Positions 17,586 through 18,385 of a stretch of DNA of 18,385 bases are shown one piece after another. Numbering within the stretch: position 1 is the stretch's first letter; each line of letters starts with the position of its first letter. This DNA is from Candidatus Hodarchaeota archaeon (GTDB lineage Archaea; Asgardarchaeota; Lokiarchaeia; Sigyniarchaeales; SOKP01), in assembly GCA_048886685.1 (NCBI GenBank), contig JBHLKM010000004.1, positions 1-18,385 of the forward strand, written 5' to 3'. Below the pieces are notes generated by a model. It saw only the letters and a list, made by a program, of their open reading frames with translations. It was not told the DNA's origin and searched no databases. Both the position numbers and the translations under genes were made by a program.

Positions 17586-18385
17586 ATGAATTTGAATTCC
17601 TTCGATTTTGATTTAGAAACTCAAGAAATATTCAATAAGCAATTTTCCGATATTAAATCTATAGATTGGAAGAACTGGCTTGAAATATCATCAAAAGAAG
17701 AATATGAAGAACTGGTATTGAAAAATTCTGGATTAATTGCAATAAACGATGTTTTCGAGAAAATTAAAAAGGAAGAAACAAATCCAAAAGAATTATCCAT
17801 TGATCTTTATTATTTTCTAAAGAAATATCAAACCTCTGAACCTCCGATTGTGTGTCATAGTTCGGGTACAACAAACAATAATTTATCTGCTCTTAAATGG
17901 CTCCATATGTCAAAAAATATTGTTCAAAAATATTGGGCTCCTGGAATGCAAGCTATTTTTGAATCAGGTGGTTTAGATTCAAATTCTTCTGTTGTAATAT
18001 TCGTTCCATCAAGGCTAAAAAACGATGGGTTAAATTTTTACGAAGGTAGGGATTATATTTCTCTTTATTCATCAGAGTTTTCTCAAAGGATTATGTTATC
18101 GATTGTTAAACCGAAGTCATATCTATTTTATGAATATAAATATTCAAAGAATCTTGAAATTATCTCTCAAATTTTAACAATGGAAGAAATTTCAGTAATT
18201 TCTGCTCCTGCTATTACAATTTTAGGATGGGCAGATATTAATAGACTTAAAACAGGTTTAAAAAAGTCAGTTGATTTATTAAAACAAACTCGAAATTCAC
18301 AACTTGACCAACTTATATTAGAAATCAAGAGAAAAGGATTAGAAAGCACTGCCAGAAGACTTCAAAGTAAATTATCAGAAAAATT
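17586..18385 (+). CDS. Partial adenylate-forming (ANL superfamily; GH3/PaaK/LuxE-like) protein; runs off the right edge
   Basis: Manual translation, not in the ORF track: ATG at 17586, open for 266 codons to the edge. MNLNSFDFDLETQEIF...PPIVCHSSGTTNNNLSALKWLHMS... carries an SSGTT-x-K P-loop-like motif. Subfamily is uncertain. Confidence 0.7.
   Translation, partial: MNLNSFDFDLETQEIFNKQFSDIKSIDWKNWLEISSKEEYEELVLKNSGLIAINDVFEKIKKEETNPKELSIDLYYFLKKYQTSEPPIVCHSSGTTNNNLSALKWLHMSKNIVQKYWAPGMQAIFESGGLDSNSSVVIFVPSRLKNDGLNFYEGRDYISLYSSEFSQRIMLSIVKPKSYLFYEYKYSKNLEIISQILTMEEISVISAPAITILGWADINRLKTGLKKSVDLLKQTRNSQLDQLILEIKRKGLESTARRLQSKLSEK

Noticed and set aside
1638-18349. Short ORF-track entries (1638-2003, 5050-5259, 5982-6212, 6981-7217, 9000-9212, 9222-9557, 9926-10135, 10334-10621, 12262-12510, 12808-12996, 14265-14495, 18167-18349)
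   Set aside because: All lie antisense or out of frame within well-supported genes. The similarity among several of them simply mirrors the paralogous genes on the other strand.

Overview
AT-rich window, most likely from an Asgard archaeon (Lokiarchaeia). This is an inference from a Loki-CTERM-like tail, the NosD-type surface protein and N-glycosylation-sequon-rich secreted proteins. Left part: a partial minus-strand gene missing from the ORF track, with two tandem winged-helix-like repeats. It diverges from two unrelated exported-protein genes (a beta-helix protein and a hypothetical). Each of these two genes is wrapped in the same ~200-bp upstream element, carrying paired asymmetric palindromes, and the same ~95-bp downstream hairpin/poly-T element, giving a cassette-like [A-gene-B][A-gene-B] layout. 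Middle: an orphan family-5 ABC substrate-binding protein, a membrane-anchored hypothetical and a FATP/FadD6-type acyl-CoA synthetase. Right: four paralogous membrane-bound left-handed beta-helix proteins (one single-module, three double-module) resembling the C-terminal condensation region of poly-L-lysine synthetase (Pls)-type NRPSs, interrupted by a YkgJ gene. These are followed by a Zn-dependent MDR dehydrogenase, a DUF6512-like membrane protein and a partial adenylating (SSGTT) enzyme. No rRNA, tRNA, CRISPR array, transposase or integrase was recognised.
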